DNA of 64,000 nucleotides from an uncultured Acidimicrobiia bacterium. Its GTDB lineage: Bacteria > Actinomycetota > Acidimicrobiia > Spongiisociales > JAOTWH01. Both the position numbers and the translations under genes were made by a program. The notes under the pieces were generated by a model. The model searched no databases and had not been told where the DNA came from. It saw only the letters and a program-made list of their open reading frames with translations. The DNA lies in NCBI GenBank assembly GCA_964347285.1, contig CAYFYE010000003.1, positions 3,518 through 67,517 of the forward strand. The letters are read 5' to 3'. The stretch's first letter is position 1. The number at the start of each line of letters is the position of its first letter. This document shows positions 39,493 to 49,586 of the stretch, one piece after another.

Positions 39493-40257
39493 TCACGCTT
39501 CCGCCGCCGCTTCCTCCGTCGCCTGAAGCCGATCACTGAAGAACCGGATCAGCCGTCCCACGGCGTCCTCGGCAACGCCCTCATCGAACCCGGCGGAAGC
39601 CGAGTCCAGGAAGTCGTGGCCGGCGTCCTGGTAGATCACCCACTCGGCAGCCGGCTGGAGCCGACGGGCCGCTGAGGTTTCGGTGACATCGACCAGCTCA
39701 TCAGCCTTCCCATACAGGCCGAGGAGTGGGGCTTCAAGTTCAGCGACAACGTCGGTGGCTTGGACGTCCCGCCCTTCGTCGGAGGAGAGTGGAGCATGAG
39801 CCACGGCGACCGCCCGAAGAAAAGGATTGGCAGCTGCGCTCAAGACCGCCAGGCGGCCACCGATCCCCAACCCGAAGACCCCCAAACGATCCGGGTCGGC
39901 CCACTCGGTTCCCGGGGCCCGGAGAAAGCGATAAGCGTCGCCCAGGTCGGCAAGGGCCCGGGCATCGCTCAGCGCCGAATAGGCGGCCCGAGCGTCGTCC
40001 GCCGTGGCCCGCCGGGCCGGCCCTTTGCCCCGGTAGAGATCGACGGCCAGAGCCGCCAAGCCGTGCCGGGCCAAGCGCCGACACACGTCCTTGAGTCCGG
40101 AAGTGATACCCAACCACGAGGGAGCCACGACCACCGCAGCGTACGATCCGGCCAGATCGGGCCGGGCCAGATAGCCGGTGCCAATTTGTGTTCCGGCGGG
40201 ATAGGAAACCTGGCCGTACAGAATGACGTGGGTCCCCTCGCCGGGCAACACGCTCAC
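39493..40257 (-). CDS. dienelactone hydrolase family alpha/beta hydrolase
   Basis: DLH-like fold with nucleophile elbow GLGIGG and a C-terminal HD pair. GTG start overlaps the birA stop (GTGA). Confidence 0.55.
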   Translation of the reverse strand: MSVLPGEGTHVILYGQVSYPAGTQIGTGYLARPDLAGSYAAVVVAPSWLGITSGLKDVCRRLARHGLAALAVDLYRGKGPARRATADDARAAYSALSDARALADLGDAYRFLRAPGTEWADPDRLGVFGLGIGGRLAVLSAAANPFLRAVAVAHAPLSSDEGRDVQATDVVAELEAPLLGLYGKADELVDVTETSAARRLQPAAEWVIYQDAGHDFLDSASAGFDEGVAEDAVGRLIRFFSDRLQATEEAAAEA

Positions 40258-40961
40258 TCGGAGACCTCCTCGAAACCATCGGGGAGCGTAGTCGAGCGGA
40301 CCCCCTCGACCTCCCCGCTCCTCAGCCGCTCGGGGCCCTGTGCGGTTTCCACGACCAGGGCACCGTCCTCGCCCACGTCGACCACCCGGCCCCGTCCCTC
40401 GGGAGACCAGCTGACCACGGCACCGATCGTGAGGCAAACCCGGCGGTATTCGGCCCGGCCCCAGTCCGAGGGCTCGGCGGCCGACCGCACCAGCACTCCA
40501 TCGGCCCAGGCGGCCGCGATCTCGGCGGCCGCCCTGGGGCCCGGATCGGCCTCGAACAGGGCCCCCATTCCGGGCGGCGGGTCGGGCCACCACAGGTTGA
40601 CGCCCAGTCCGGTGACCACGGCCTCGTCGTCGGCTTCGCTCAGCACGCCTCCCACTTTCAGATCGCCCACCACGATGTCGTTGGGCCACTCGAGGCCGAC
40701 CTCCTTGGGGAGCGACTCGACCGCGGCCAGCCCGGCCACCAGAGTGAGCCGGGGCCAAGCCGCAACCGGCCAGGGGGGACGGAAGGCCAGCGAGGCGGCC
40801 AGCGCCCGGGGAGCGCTGATCCAGGGCCGACCCGAGCGTCCCCGACCGGCCGTCTGGCGATCGGCCGTCACCAGCACCGGATCGCCATCGAAGCGAGCGC
40901 GCGCCTCGTCTTGCGTGGAAGCGATAGTGCGAAAGTGAGCGGTCGCGTAAGGTGTAGCCAT
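40254..40961 (-). CDS. birA: biotin--[acetyl-CoA-carboxylase] ligase (group I, no HTH domain)
   Basis: RQTAGRGRSGRPW biotin-binding loop and TQDEAR. 235 aa. Confidence 0.8.
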   Translation of the reverse strand: MATPYATAHFRTIASTQDEARARFDGDPVLVTADRQTAGRGRSGRPWISAPRALAASLAFRPPWPVAAWPRLTLVAGLAAVESLPKEVGLEWPNDIVVGDLKVGGVLSEADDEAVVTGLGVNLWWPDPPPGMGALFEADPGPRAAAEIAAAWADGVLVRSAAEPSDWGRAEYRRVCLTIGAVVSWSPEGRGRVVDVGEDGALVVETAQGPERLRSGEVEGVRSTTLPDGFEEVSE

Positions 40962-41017
40962 CGGCGGGGAGCGGGAGTCAAAACAACAGGCGCGACGAGC
41001 ATACCGGGAGCCGGCTG

Positions 41018-42568
41018 GTGAGCACCGAGGAGCGTATCGAGCAGCTGCGCAAGATGCGCGAGGAGGCGGAACACGCCGGAAGTCAGCGCGCCGTCGACCG
41101 CCAGCACGAGCAAGGAAAGCTCACCGCCCGGGAGCGGATCGCGCTACTTCTCGACAAGGGCACCTTCCAGGAGATCGACATGTTCGTGCGCCACCGGGCC
41201 AGCGCCTTCGGCAGCGAGAACAACCGCCCCGCCGGCGACGCCGTGGTCACCGGTTGGGGGACCGTCGACGGGCGCTCCGTGTTCGTCTTCGCCGAGGATT
41301 TCACGGTGTTCGGAGGCAGCCTCGGTGAGGTGGTGGCCGAGAAGATCACCAAGGTGATGGACCTGGCCATAGAGGGAGGCGCCCCGCTCGTTGCGCTCAA
41401 GGACTCGGGCGGGGCTCGAATTCAGGAGGGGGTGGTCTCCCTCGACGGCTACGGACAGATTTTCTTGCGGAACGTCAAGGCATCCGGGGTCATCCCCCAG
41501 ATCTCGGTGATCATGGGCCCGTGTGCCGGAGGGGCGGTGTACTCGCCGGCCATCACCGATTTCGTGTATCAGGTCGACGAGACCAGCCACCTCTTCATCA
41601 CCGGTCCGGACGTGATCAAGGCGGTCACCGGGGAGGAGGTCACCTTCGAAGAGCTTGGCGGTGCCCGGAGCCACGGATCGCTGTCGGGGGTCACCCATTT
41701 CATCGGGGCCGACGAGCGCTCCGCCCTCGAAGAGGTCCGCTATCTCCTCTCGTTCCTCCCCCAGAACAATCGGGAATTGCCCCCGTACTTCACCCCGGGT
41801 GATCGAGTCGACCGGATGGACGAGGAGCTGACCACCGTCATTCCGGACTCCACCAACCAGCCATACGACATGGTCGATGTGATCGAGGCCGTGGTCGACG
41901 ACGGCGATTTCTATCAGGTCCACGAGCACTACGCAGAGAACATCGTGGTCGGGCTGGCTCGCCTGGACGGCTACTCGGTGGGGGTCGTGGGCAACCAACC
42001 GGCGGTGCTGGCCGGGACCCTCGATATCGACGCCTCGGTGAAGGCGGCTCGTTTCGTGCGCTTCTGTGATGCTTTCAACATCCCGCTGGTGAGTTTCGTG
42101 GACGTCCCCGGATTCCTTCCCGGAGTCGACCAAGAGCACAGCGGAATCATCCGCCACGGCGCCAAGCTCATGTACGCCTACTGTGAAGCCACCGTTCCCA
42201 AGGTCACGGTGATCACTCGTAAGGCCTACGGAGGGGCCTACGTCGTCATGAACTCGCGCAGCGTGGGCGCCGACATCGTGTATGCCTGGCCTTCCGCCGA
42301 GATCGCCGTGATGGGGGCCAGCGGAGCGGTGAACATCATCCACCGCCGGGAACTCGCCGAAGCCGAAGACCCCGATGCCCGGCGGACCGAGCTCATCGCC
42401 GAGTACGAGGAGCGCTTCAACAACCCCTACATTGCAGCCGAGCGGGGCCTGGTCGACGAGGTCATCGAGCCCCGCGAGACCCGGCCTCGCCTGATACGGG
42501 CCCTGGAGATGCTTCGCCACAAGCGAACGACGCTGCCGCCCCGCAAGCACGGCAACATCCCGCTGTGA
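41018..42568 (+). CDS. acyl-CoA carboxylase carboxyltransferase beta subunit (propionyl-CoA carboxylase, AccD5-like)
   Basis: 516 aa, carboxyltransferase N and C halves. GTG start with GGGAG upstream. Confidence 0.85.
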   Translation: MSTEERIEQLRKMREEAEHAGSQRAVDRQHEQGKLTARERIALLLDKGTFQEIDMFVRHRASAFGSENNRPAGDAVVTGWGTVDGRSVFVFAEDFTVFGGSLGEVVAEKITKVMDLAIEGGAPLVALKDSGGARIQEGVVSLDGYGQIFLRNVKASGVIPQISVIMGPCAGGAVYSPAITDFVYQVDETSHLFITGPDVIKAVTGEEVTFEELGGARSHGSLSGVTHFIGADERSALEEVRYLLSFLPQNNRELPPYFTPGDRVDRMDEELTTVIPDSTNQPYDMVDVIEAVVDDGDFYQVHEHYAENIVVGLARLDGYSVGVVGNQPAVLAGTLDIDASVKAARFVRFCDAFNIPLVSFVDVPGFLPGVDQEHSGIIRHGAKLMYAYCEATVPKVTVITRKAYGGAYVVMNSRSVGADIVYAWPSAEIAVMGASGAVNIIHRRELAEAEDPDARRTELIAEYEERFNNPYIAAERGLVDEVIEPRETRPRLIRALEMLRHKRTTLPPRKHGNIPL

Positions 42569-44319
42569 GGGAGATCGACTCCGTCCTCATCGCCAACCGG
42601 GGCGAGATCGCGCTCCGGGTCATTCGCGGGGCTCGCGAGCTGGGGATGCGCACCATTGCCGTCTACTCGGAAATCGACCGTGAGTCGCTGCACGTCGAGC
42701 TGGCCGACGAGGCGTGGAACGTCGGGCCGGCGCCGGCGGCTGAGTCCTACCTCAACATCGATCGCTTGCTGGAAGTGGCTCGGGAGGCCGGCGCCTCCGC
42801 CATCCATCCCGGCTACGGCTTCCTCGCCGAGAACGCCGACTTCGCCCAGCGGGTCGTCGATGAGGGACTCGTGTGGGTGGGCCCGCCCCCGCACGCGATT
42901 TCCGTCATGGGAGACAAGATCAGTTCGCGACGGGCCGCTGAAGAGGCCGGTGTGGCCGGGGTGCCCGGAACCCTCGAGCCGCTCCAGTCCGAGAGCGAGG
43001 CCCGCCGCCTGGCCGACGAATACGGCTACCCGGTGGCCATCAAGGCGGCCCACGGTGGCGGAGGACGGGGGCTCAAGGTGGCCTGGGAACCGGGCGACCT
43101 CGACGCTGCCTATGAGTCGGCTCAACGCGAGGCCGACGCCTACTTCAGGTCCCCCGAGGTCTACGTCGAGAAATACCTGGACCGCGCCCGCCACATCGAA
43201 GCGCAGGTCCTCTTCGACACGCACGGCAAGGGTGTCTTCCTGGGCGAACGCGACTGCTCTGTTCAGCGCCGCCACCAGAAGCTCATCGAGGAGTCGCCCT
43301 CCGGTGTCTTCTCGCGCAGGCAGCGCAAGGCGTTCGGCGAGGCCGCGGTCGCCGTGGCCAAAGCCGCCGACTACGAAGGGGCCGGCACGGTCGAGTTCCT
43401 GGTCGATCCCAAGGGCCACTTCTACTTCCTCGAGATGAACACCAGGCTGCAGGTCGAGCACCCGGTCACCGAAATGGTGACGGGAATCGACCTGGTGCAT
43501 GAGCAGTTTCGGGTCGCCGCCGGCGAGCCGCTGGCCATCGAGGAAACTCCCCGGCCCCACGGCCACGCCATCGAGTTTCGCATCAACGCCGAGGATCCCG
43601 CCGCGGGATTCCTGCCCAGTCCCGGTCGGATCGCCGAGTATCGGCCTCCGGGCGGCTTTGGGGTGCGGGTGGACGACTGGATCAGGCCCGGTACCTCGAT
43701 CAGCCAGTACTACGACAACCTGCTGGGCAAGCTCATCGTGTGGGGCCGCGACCGGGAGGCTGCCATCCGGCGGGGACGAAGGGCACTCAGCGAGTACGTG
43801 ATCACCGGGGTGGCTACCACCATCCCGGCCCATCTGCGCATCCTCGACCATCCCGGCTTTGCAGAGGGGCGCCATCACACTCGGTTCGTGGAGGAGGAAC
43901 TCGACTTCTCCAACGTGGCCCACCCCGCGCCACCCGCCCTACCCGAGGACGAAGAGCTCACCGAGCGCAAGCTGACCGTCGAGATCGGGGGGCGCCACTA
44001 CGGGGTCCGCGTCTGGACTCCAGACATGACGGCCCGGGCCGAGGGAAGGCCCACCCCGCGGCGCCGCCCTCCCCGGCTCGAGAGACGCTCTCTCGCCGGC
44101 GACGACGCCGGAGTGGTGACCGCACCGATGCAGGGAACGATCGTCAAGGTGCATCGCAAAGCCGGTGACCGGGTGGACAGCGACGAGCCGCTGTGCGTGC
44201 TCGAAGCGATGAAAATGGAGAACGAGCTCAAAGCGCCGGTAGCCGGAGAGATCGTGGACCTGCGCATGAGGCCCGGCGATGCCGTATCCACCGGCCAGGT
44301 CCTGGCAGTGATCAGGTAG
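42565..44319 (+). CDS. acyl-CoA carboxylase alpha subunit (biotin carboxylase + BCCP, AccA3-like)
   Basis: ATP-grasp biotin carboxylase, and a C-terminal biotinyl domain with the EAMKM motif (LEAMKMENELKAP). GTGA overlap with the beta subunit. Confidence 0.85.
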   Translation: MREIDSVLIANRGEIALRVIRGARELGMRTIAVYSEIDRESLHVELADEAWNVGPAPAAESYLNIDRLLEVAREAGASAIHPGYGFLAENADFAQRVVDEGLVWVGPPPHAISVMGDKISSRRAAEEAGVAGVPGTLEPLQSESEARRLADEYGYPVAIKAAHGGGGRGLKVAWEPGDLDAAYESAQREADAYFRSPEVYVEKYLDRARHIEAQVLFDTHGKGVFLGERDCSVQRRHQKLIEESPSGVFSRRQRKAFGEAAVAVAKAADYEGAGTVEFLVDPKGHFYFLEMNTRLQVEHPVTEMVTGIDLVHEQFRVAAGEPLAIEETPRPHGHAIEFRINAEDPAAGFLPSPGRIAEYRPPGGFGVRVDDWIRPGTSISQYYDNLLGKLIVWGRDREAAIRRGRRALSEYVITGVATTIPAHLRILDHPGFAEGRHHTRFVEEELDFSNVAHPAPPALPEDEELTERKLTVEIGGRHYGVRVWTPDMTARAEGRPTPRRRPPRLERRSLAGDDAGVVTAPMQGTIVKVHRKAGDRVDSDEPLCVLEAMKMENELKAPVAGEIVDLRMRPGDAVSTGQVLAVIR

Positions 44320-44376
44320 CCGGCCGGAGCACCGGGATCGAGCCGCACCGGCTTGTGCCCCTCGGCCCCCTGTGGA

Positions 44377-45990
44377 TCAGTACTGCGGCGCGAAGGTACC
44401 GAACACCTTCTCCAGCGCCGCCGACACCTCGCCGACCGTAGCTCCGGCGGCCAGGGCCTCCTTCATGACCGGCAGCAGGTTCTCGTTCCCGGCGGCGGCT
44501 GCGGCGACTGCCTCGAGAGCCCCGCTGGCGGCCTTGCCGTTGCGTAGGGATCGCCACCGGCCCAGCCGCTCTACCTGACCGGCCTCGAGTTCCGGAGGCA
44601 CGGCGGTGATCTCGGCCCGGGGAGTCTCTCCTCCGGCGAACCGGTTGACACCGACCACCACCGACTCGCCATCCTCGATGCGCCGGGCCTCGTCGTAGGC
44701 GGCGTCGGCGATCTGGCGCTGGACGAAGCCGCTCTCGATTGCGGACACCGCTCCTCCCAGCGACTCCACCTTTTCCAGCAGAGCGGTGGCTTCCTCTTCG
44801 AGCCGGTCGGTGAGCGACTCGATGAAATAGGAGCCGGCCAAGGGATCGACGGTATCGGTCACCCCGGACTCGTAGGCGATGACTTGCTGGGTCCGCAGGG
44901 CCAGGCGGGCCGACTCCTCGGTCGGCAACCCGAGCGCCTCGTCGAAGGCATTGGTGTGTAGCGACTGGGTCCCCCCCAGCACGGCCGCCAGCGCCTGCAG
45001 GGTGGTGCGGACGATGTTGTTGTGGGGCTGGAGGGCGGTGAGGGTGCTTCCGGCGGTCTGGGCGTGAAAACGCATCCGCATGGACTCGGGCCTCTTTGCC
45101 CCGGCCCGCTCCTTCATTATCCGGGCCCACATCCGCCGGGCGGCCCGGAACTTGGCGGCCTCCTCGAAGAAGTGATTGTGCACGTTCCAAAAGAACGAGA
45201 GCCGGGGAGCGAAGTCATCGACCGCCAGCCCGGCCTCCCGGGCGGCGCGGACGTAGGCCAGCCCGTTGGCCAACGTGAACGCCACTTCCTGGACCGCCGT
45301 GGCCCCCGCCTCACGGATGTGATACCCGCTGATGGAGATCGTGTTCCAGGCGGGTAGCTCGCGGCGGCAATACGAAAAGAGATCCGTCACCAGTCGCATC
45401 GATGGCTGGGGCGGGTAGATGTAGGTCCCGCGGGCCGCATACTCCTTGAGGATGTCGTTTTGGACCGTTCCCCGGATCCGCTCGGGTGGTACCCCCTGTT
45501 CTTCGGCGACCAGCCGGTAGAGAAGCAGCAGGATCGCGGCCGTGGCGTTGATCGTCATCGATGTGGACACCTCGAGGAGGGGGATGCCGTCGAAAAGCCG
45601 TCGCATGTCGTCGAGCGAATCGATGGCCACCCCCACCTTGCCCACCTCGCCGGCGGCACGCCGATCATCGGAGTCCAAGCCCATCTGAGTGGGGAGGTCG
45701 AAGGCCACCGACAGCCCGGTCTGGCCGGCCTCGAGCAGGGCCCGGAAGCGGGCGTTGGTCTCCTCGGCGGTGCCGTAGCCGGCGTACTGCCGCATCGTCC
45801 ACAGTCGGCCCCGGTACATGGTCTCGTAAGGGCCCCGGGTGAAAGGGAAACGCCCGGCCACGCTCAGGCTGGTCTCGGCCTCCCAGCCCTCCAGGTCGGA
45901 TGCGTCGTACGAGGGCTCGATCTCGATTCCGCTGCTCGTGCGCCGCTGGCCTGGTTGTTCCATGGATCGAGGTAAGCTCGGGTTGAGCAT
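44377..45990 (-). CDS. methylmalonyl-CoA mutase family catalytic (TIM-barrel) subunit without a B12-binding domain
   Basis: 537 aa. Conserved MCM substrate-binding blocks ([27 protein letters not shown]). Ends before the cobalamin-binding module. Confidence 0.8.
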   Translation of the reverse strand: MLNPSLPRSMEQPGQRRTSSGIEIEPSYDASDLEGWEAETSLSVAGRFPFTRGPYETMYRGRLWTMRQYAGYGTAEETNARFRALLEAGQTGLSVAFDLPTQMGLDSDDRRAAGEVGKVGVAIDSLDDMRRLFDGIPLLEVSTSMTINATAAILLLLYRLVAEEQGVPPERIRGTVQNDILKEYAARGTYIYPPQPSMRLVTDLFSYCRRELPAWNTISISGYHIREAGATAVQEVAFTLANGLAYVRAAREAGLAVDDFAPRLSFFWNVHNHFFEEAAKFRAARRMWARIMKERAGAKRPESMRMRFHAQTAGSTLTALQPHNNIVRTTLQALAAVLGGTQSLHTNAFDEALGLPTEESARLALRTQQVIAYESGVTDTVDPLAGSYFIESLTDRLEEEATALLEKVESLGGAVSAIESGFVQRQIADAAYDEARRIEDGESVVVGVNRFAGGETPRAEITAVPPELEAGQVERLGRWRSLRNGKAASGALEAVAAAAAGNENLLPVMKEALAAGATVGEVSAALEKVFGTFAPQY

Positions 45991-46035
45991 GGTACCGGGA
46001 ACCTCTTCCCGGCCTCAGACGTCATTCTCGACGGC

Positions 46036-48525
46036 ATGGAGTTCCACAAGGCTGAACGCCGAGATCGCCGTGGGCGGCGCTTGCTGGCCGTCACCGTACT
46101 GGGTGTTGCCACTGTGCTCGCGTCGGCCTGGGTGGGACTGTTCCTGTTCCTCAGCAGCAATGCTGCAGTGGGAACCCTCGAAGACCTGAGCGACCGCTAC
46201 CTCCCCGACGTCGACGAACTGGCCCTGGACCTGCCCCGGGTGTCCCAGCTTTCAGAGGTCTTCACCGCCGACGGCGTCCGCCTCGGCTTCCTGACCGAGC
46301 GCAACAGCCGGCCGGTGCCGCTCGATGAGATCCCCGACACAGTGCTGTCCGCCGTACTCGCCGCCGAGGACGCCGGCTACTTCGAGCACGAGGGCCTCGA
46401 CTTCCGGGCCATCGTGCGGGCCGGGATCGAGCAGGTTCGGGGCGGAGCCCGTCAGGGAGCCTCGACCATCACCCAGCAGGTCGTACGCCAGAACTTCGGC
46501 ACCAGCGAGATCACCATCGAGCGCAAGCTGCGGGAGGCGGTGGTAGCAGCCGAGCTGGAACGCCGCTACACCAAGGAAGAGATCGTCGAGTTCTACATGA
46601 ACTCCGCCTACTTCGGCTCCAATGCCTACGGGGTCAAAGCGGCTGCCCAGGAGTACTTCGGAAAGGAGCTCTCCGAGCTGACGGTGGCCGAGGCGGCGGC
46701 GATGGTGACCGCGATTCGTAACCCGAGCCGCTACGACCCGCGCAACAATCGCGAGGACGTGCTCCGGGCCCGAAACGCCGTCATCGACAACATGGCCGAA
46801 GAGGGGTTCATCACGCCCCAGCAAGCCGAAGCGGCCAAACGGGAACCGCTCGTTCCCAAACCCCATGAGGTGTTCACCGAGCTGGCCCCCGAGGTGATGA
46901 TCGCCACCCGCGATCGCCTCCTCAACGATCCCAAGTACGGGCTCGGGGAAACCTTCCGGGAGCGCAAGACGGCCGTGTTCGGCTGTCCGGCTCAGGACAT
47001 CGAGTGCGAGTTGGGCGGAGGAGCCAAGGGCGGCCTCACGGTGTTCGTCACCGTCGACTACGGCCTCCAAGAAGAAGCCAACCGAGTCTTGCGCGAGTGG
47101 TTCCCGGCCGCCACCGAGACAGCCGCTCCCACCGGAGCAATCGCCATGGTCGACAACCGGACCGGCGCAGTGCAGGTGATGGCCTCCGGCCTGGAGTTCG
47201 GCGAGGACATCGAGGCGGGTGAGCGTCCCTACGACATCGCCGGAAAGGGGCGGCGCAACCCCGGATCTAGTTTCAAGCCGATCGGCCTCGTTGCCGCCCT
47301 CGAATCGGGGAGGCGCTTCGATGCCCCGATAACCCTGGGCACCTACTGGGACTCGTCCAGCCCCCAACTCCTCACCTATCCGGGAGCGCCCAAGCCGTGG
47401 GAGTGCCGAAATGCCGGAGGGGGCGGCGGTGGCCTACGCAGCCTGGAGGATGCCACCGTGTTCTCCACCAACGCCGTCTACTGCCAGGTTGCCCTGGCCA
47501 CCGGGGCCGACAACATCGTCGAGATGGCCCACCGCCTCGGCATCGAGTCCCCGATCGAGGAGGTCCCCTCCGTGATCATCGGCTCCCAGGCGGTGACCCC
47601 GCTCGAAATGGCTCAGGCCTTCTCGACGCTGGCCAATTACGGCGAGAAGGTAGAGCCCTACCTCATCGAGCGGATCGAGGATGCCGACGGCAACGTCATC
47701 TACCAGCACGAGATCGAGAAGGAGCAGGTGATCGACCGGGCGCTGGCCGCGTCGGTGGTGCGCACCCTGGAACAGGCGGTGAGCCGGGGCACCGGCCGGG
47801 CCGCCACCATCGGCCGTCCCCAGGCTGGAAAGACCGGCACCCACCAGAACTTCACCGACGCCTGGTTCATGGGTTTCATTCCCCAGTACACGACCGCCGT
47901 GTGGGTGGGGTTTCCCGATGCCCAAGTCCCGATGCGCGACATCACGATCAACGGGCAGTTCTACGCCCGGGTATACGGCGGGACCATCGCCGCTCCGGTG
48001 TGGCAGGACTTCATGACGATCGTCACCGAGAACCTCCCCGTCGAAGACTTCCCCGAAGACCCCGAGGGGATGGCGCCGTACTACACGACACCGTCGACCA
48101 CGGTGCCTGCCATCCCCGCAGGCGCCTCGCCGGAAGGTGCGGCCAAGCTGATTCGCCAGGCCGGCCTGGGCGCCAGTATCGTCGAAGTCCCCTCCGACCT
48201 GCCCCAAGGCGTCATCGTCTCGATCTCCCCCGGACCCGGGGCCCGGGTGCGACAGGGTTCCACCGTCACCATCCAGGTTTCGAGCGGTGTGCCCCCGGTG
48301 GTTCCGTTTGCGTCCCTCATCGGGCTCACCCTCGACCAGGCCCAGGCGGTGATCGACGCTTTCCAGGCCGACACCGGCCTGGCGATTTCGTGGGTGGCGG
48401 TTGAGCAGCCCGATGCCAACCCGGTCAACCACGGCCGGATCGTGGCAACCGCCCCCGGACCGGGAGCTCCCGTGGCCGATGGTGCCACCGTCACGGTGTT
48501 CATCGGCGTCCCGCCCAGCGCCTGA
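46036..48525 (+). CDS. class A penicillin-binding protein (transglycosylase + transpeptidase) with two C-terminal PASTA domains
   Basis: N-terminal TM, GT51 motifs (EDAGYFEHEGLDFRAIVRAG), transpeptidase SxxK/SxN/KTG (KTGT), and two PASTA-like repeats at the C-terminus. Confidence 0.85.
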   Translation: MEFHKAERRDRRGRRLLAVTVLGVATVLASAWVGLFLFLSSNAAVGTLEDLSDRYLPDVDELALDLPRVSQLSEVFTADGVRLGFLTERNSRPVPLDEIPDTVLSAVLAAEDAGYFEHEGLDFRAIVRAGIEQVRGGARQGASTITQQVVRQNFGTSEITIERKLREAVVAAELERRYTKEEIVEFYMNSAYFGSNAYGVKAAAQEYFGKELSELTVAEAAAMVTAIRNPSRYDPRNNREDVLRARNAVIDNMAEEGFITPQQAEAAKREPLVPKPHEVFTELAPEVMIATRDRLLNDPKYGLGETFRERKTAVFGCPAQDIECELGGGAKGGLTVFVTVDYGLQEEANRVLREWFPAATETAAPTGAIAMVDNRTGAVQVMASGLEFGEDIEAGERPYDIAGKGRRNPGSSFKPIGLVAALESGRRFDAPITLGTYWDSSSPQLLTYPGAPKPWECRNAGGGGGGLRSLEDATVFSTNAVYCQVALATGADNIVEMAHRLGIESPIEEVPSVIIGSQAVTPLEMAQAFSTLANYGEKVEPYLIERIEDADGNVIYQHEIEKEQVIDRALAASVVRTLEQAVSRGTGRAATIGRPQAGKTGTHQNFTDAWFMGFIPQYTTAVWVGFPDAQVPMRDITINGQFYARVYGGTIAAPVWQDFMTIVTENLPVEDFPEDPEGMAPYYTTPSTTVPAIPAGASPEGAAKLIRQAGLGASIVEVPSDLPQGVIVSISPGPGARVRQGSTVTIQVSSGVPPVVPFASLIGLTLDQAQAVIDAFQADTGLAISWVAVEQPDANPVNHGRIVATAPGPGAPVADGATVTVFIGVPPSA

Positions 48526-48607
48526 GCCTGGGGCCGGGAGGGCCCGTTGTCAGGCCTGGGCCGCCACGGGCAGACCGCGCTTTTCACGGAGGAGGCTTTG
48601 GTGTGCG

Positions 48608-48790
48608 CTACCCGCTGCTCGCCTCGTCGTCGACGGCGATGTTCTCCCACTTGCGCAGCCACGCCCTGGCCCCACTGGGCTCGTAGCCGGTGCGGTGCAC
48701 GATCTCGCGCAGCTTCTCGGCCCGCTTCTCCCGCCGGTGGGTGCGCCTTTGGTCGAGGGCCGTCGAGGAGGGCTTGTCCGGCCGGTTCAT
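48608..48790 (-). CDS. small basic hypothetical protein (60 aa)
   Basis: MNRPDKPSSTALDQRRTHRREKRAEKLREIVHRTGYEPSGARAWLRKWENIAVDDEASSG. Strong GC3 coding bias. No family recognised. Confidence 0.4.
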   Translation of the reverse strand: MNRPDKPSSTALDQRRTHRREKRAEKLREIVHRTGYEPSGARAWLRKWENIAVDDEASSG

Positions 48791-49049
48791 GATCGCGTCA
48801 CTTCCTCGGGACGGCACCGAACGGGGCAAATGTGCACCCCAAAGCCTGGTCCCGAATGCGTCCCTCGTTCGATGACCCCAGGGTTAGCGGGTGACGCAGA
48901 GCACCGGTAGAGGATTTGGGCTCAAGAAATCATTGGCAGGACCGGGCGCCCCGTTTTGGGCGAGCTGAGGGTGAGTTGCGCTGTTGCCAGCTCGGGAAAG
49001 GACCTTGTGCTCGGTGTGGCCCGTTCGAGGAAAATGATGATGCCGGCAG

Positions 49050-49586
49050 ATGCGTCCCGGAGCATTTCTCTGCGGTCCGCTGGCCATGGTGCTGTATTCC
49101 TGTGCCGGCGAGGCGGCCACTACCAGCAGTACGTCTGCGGTGGCAAAGCCGACCGTTGCGCCCTTTACCTCCGCACCGGTGTCGACGCCTGCAATCGACT
49201 CGACAACAACGACATCCATCCAACCCATTTCGACCACAGAGGCGCCCACCACCACAAATTCACCATCTCTGGAGGTGACGTATCCGGAGGCTGGTCAGCA
49301 TTTCGCCGAACGAGCGGTCCGCTTCGAGGGCACCACCCTTCGCTGTCAACCGGCCGGCGCAGCGGTGGACGGCACAGGCATCGTGGGCGCGGTCGAACCG
49401 GCGACGCATCCACTGGAACCACAACTGGCGTGGGTTGCCGATGGGGCGACCATGACCATCGAGGAAGTTCCAACGTCGGGTGTGGCCAGTCGAGTCGGTC
49501 GGGAACCTGAACGATCGGCGACGCCCGCTCTAGGCGAGGTGCATTTCTTTTCGCGCTCTTGTTCTGACCCTATTGCATTCAATTGA
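49050..49586 (+). CDS. Thr/Ser-rich secreted protein, possible lipoprotein
   Basis: Leader ...LAMVLYSCAGEAA (lipobox-like L-Y-S-C), then a low-complexity T/S/P/A-rich region and a small globular C-terminal part. Confidence 0.45.
   Translation: MRPGAFLCGPLAMVLYSCAGEAATTSSTSAVAKPTVAPFTSAPVSTPAIDSTTTTSIQPISTTEAPTTTNSPSLEVTYPEAGQHFAERAVRFEGTTLRCQPAGAAVDGTGIVGAVEPATHPLEPQLAWVADGATMTIEEVPTSGVASRVGREPERSATPALGEVHFFSRSCSDPIAFN

Noticed and set aside
44320-44376. Terminator between the convergent accA3-like and mutase genes
   Set aside because: Only short imperfect palindromes (CCGGCCGG) are present. There is no convincing stem-loop.
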